Below are positions 63,450 through 64,000 of a DNA stretch of 64,000 bases, piece by piece (within the stretch, counting starts at the first letter, position 1; every line of letters begins with the position of its first letter). The position numbers were made by a program, and so were the translations under genes. Below the pieces are notes generated by a model, which saw nothing but the letters and a program-made list of their open reading frames with translations, searched no databases and was not told the DNA's origin. The DNA is taken from the sequence record NC_061445.1. One strand, written 5' to 3'.

Positions 63450-64000
63450 TTAAGCCGCGTCGCCAGTGCCGATAGGAAGCATCAGACGCATACCACGGTT
63501 GTCTTTACCGTTAGCGTTCATGCCCAGGTATTTGGTTTTGTTCGTCGCTTTCAGAGGGTTCAACTGAACTTCTGAGCCAGCAGAGAGAACATCAGCAGAG
63601 GTGTAACCCAGCATGTCCAGTGTAGCGAAGTACACATAGCGCTGAGTGTTGATCATCTGCGGGAACAGAACGATAGCACGGTTGCCCTCTGCGATCATAA
63701 CCTGCTGGAGCGGGTTAATGATAGGTGCAGTGTCCGGAGTAGGCTGCACAGCAGACTTAGGCTCGGTAGCAGCGAAGATACCCTCTTCGATTACAGTGTA
63801 GCGCAGAGCAGCTTCTGGCTTGAGCGTATCAGGGTCGCCAGCAAGGCCGCCACCGCAAGAGAAGATAGCAAACAGCGGGCTATGATCGCCTGGGGTAGTA
63901 TCGCCAGCTTGTACGCCACGCTGAACAACGAACCAGCTAAACGCTGTACCTTTGTTGTCGAAACCTTCTGCGTTGATATGCAGAGCGATGCCGTGGTCGG
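63450..64000 (-). CDS. Virion structural protein, paralog of the 392 aa gene; 5' end beyond the right window edge
   Basis: The frame is open from 63998 (DHGIALHINAEGFD...) to the stop at 63450; the track shows only the last 99 aa. Confidence 0.8.
   Translation of the reverse strand, partial: DHGIALHINAEGFDNKGTAFSWFVVQRGVQAGDTTPGDHSPLFAIFSCGGGLAGDPDTLKPEAALRYTVIEEGIFAATEPKSAVQPTPDTAPIINPLQQVMIAEGNRAIVLFPQMINTQRYVYFATLDMLGYTSADVLSAGSEVQLNPLKATNKTKYLGMNANGKDNRGMRLMLPIGTGDAA

Noticed and set aside
1-64000. tRNA, rRNA, integrase, terminase, portal or defence-system genes
   Set aside because: No cloverleaf or diagnostic motifs were recognised by eye; tRNAscan-SE and HMM searches were not run.

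Overview
The window is 64 kb from the virion-morphogenesis region of a large (jumbo-type) myophage. Every credible gene lies on the minus strand. In transcription order (right to left) it holds: large fibre/structural proteins; an NAD+-dependent DNA ligase; a TPR-containing GT2 glycosyltransferase; a prohead protease, an HExxH peptidase, an acidic scaffold-like protein, a decoration protein and the major capsid protein; neck/terminator, tail sheath and two tube-like genes; two gp26-like chaperones; a tape-measure-like protein with a muramidase domain; baseplate hub and spike; a small enzyme operon (NUDIX, MmcB-like nuclease, dTMP kinase); PAAR, gp25 and gp6-like wedge genes; and a long fibre module with four collagen-like proteins. 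The collagen fibres and gene order recall the 'hairy' Erwinia/Dickeya jumbo phages such as Y3, JA11 and AD1; this is an inference from memory, not from a search. The main unexplained elements are: (1) a ~1.2 kb region with no credible gene (24758-25990), packed with hairpins and long-range helices that favour the minus strand, ending in a terminator and carrying a 16S anti-Shine-Dalgarno-like 9-mer, which is a candidate large structured ncRNA; (2) an intact mini-intein/Hint domain at the end of a collagen fibre; (3) a recurrent S-x-S motif, proposed as a protease cleavage or capsid-targeting signal, often preceding a dispersed SH3-like paralogous domain; (4) a four-gene membrane/periplasmic cassette inside the fibre module; (5) a putative GCTAATTT late-promoter motif. 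All domain calls come from motif recognition by eye, and no database searches were run.
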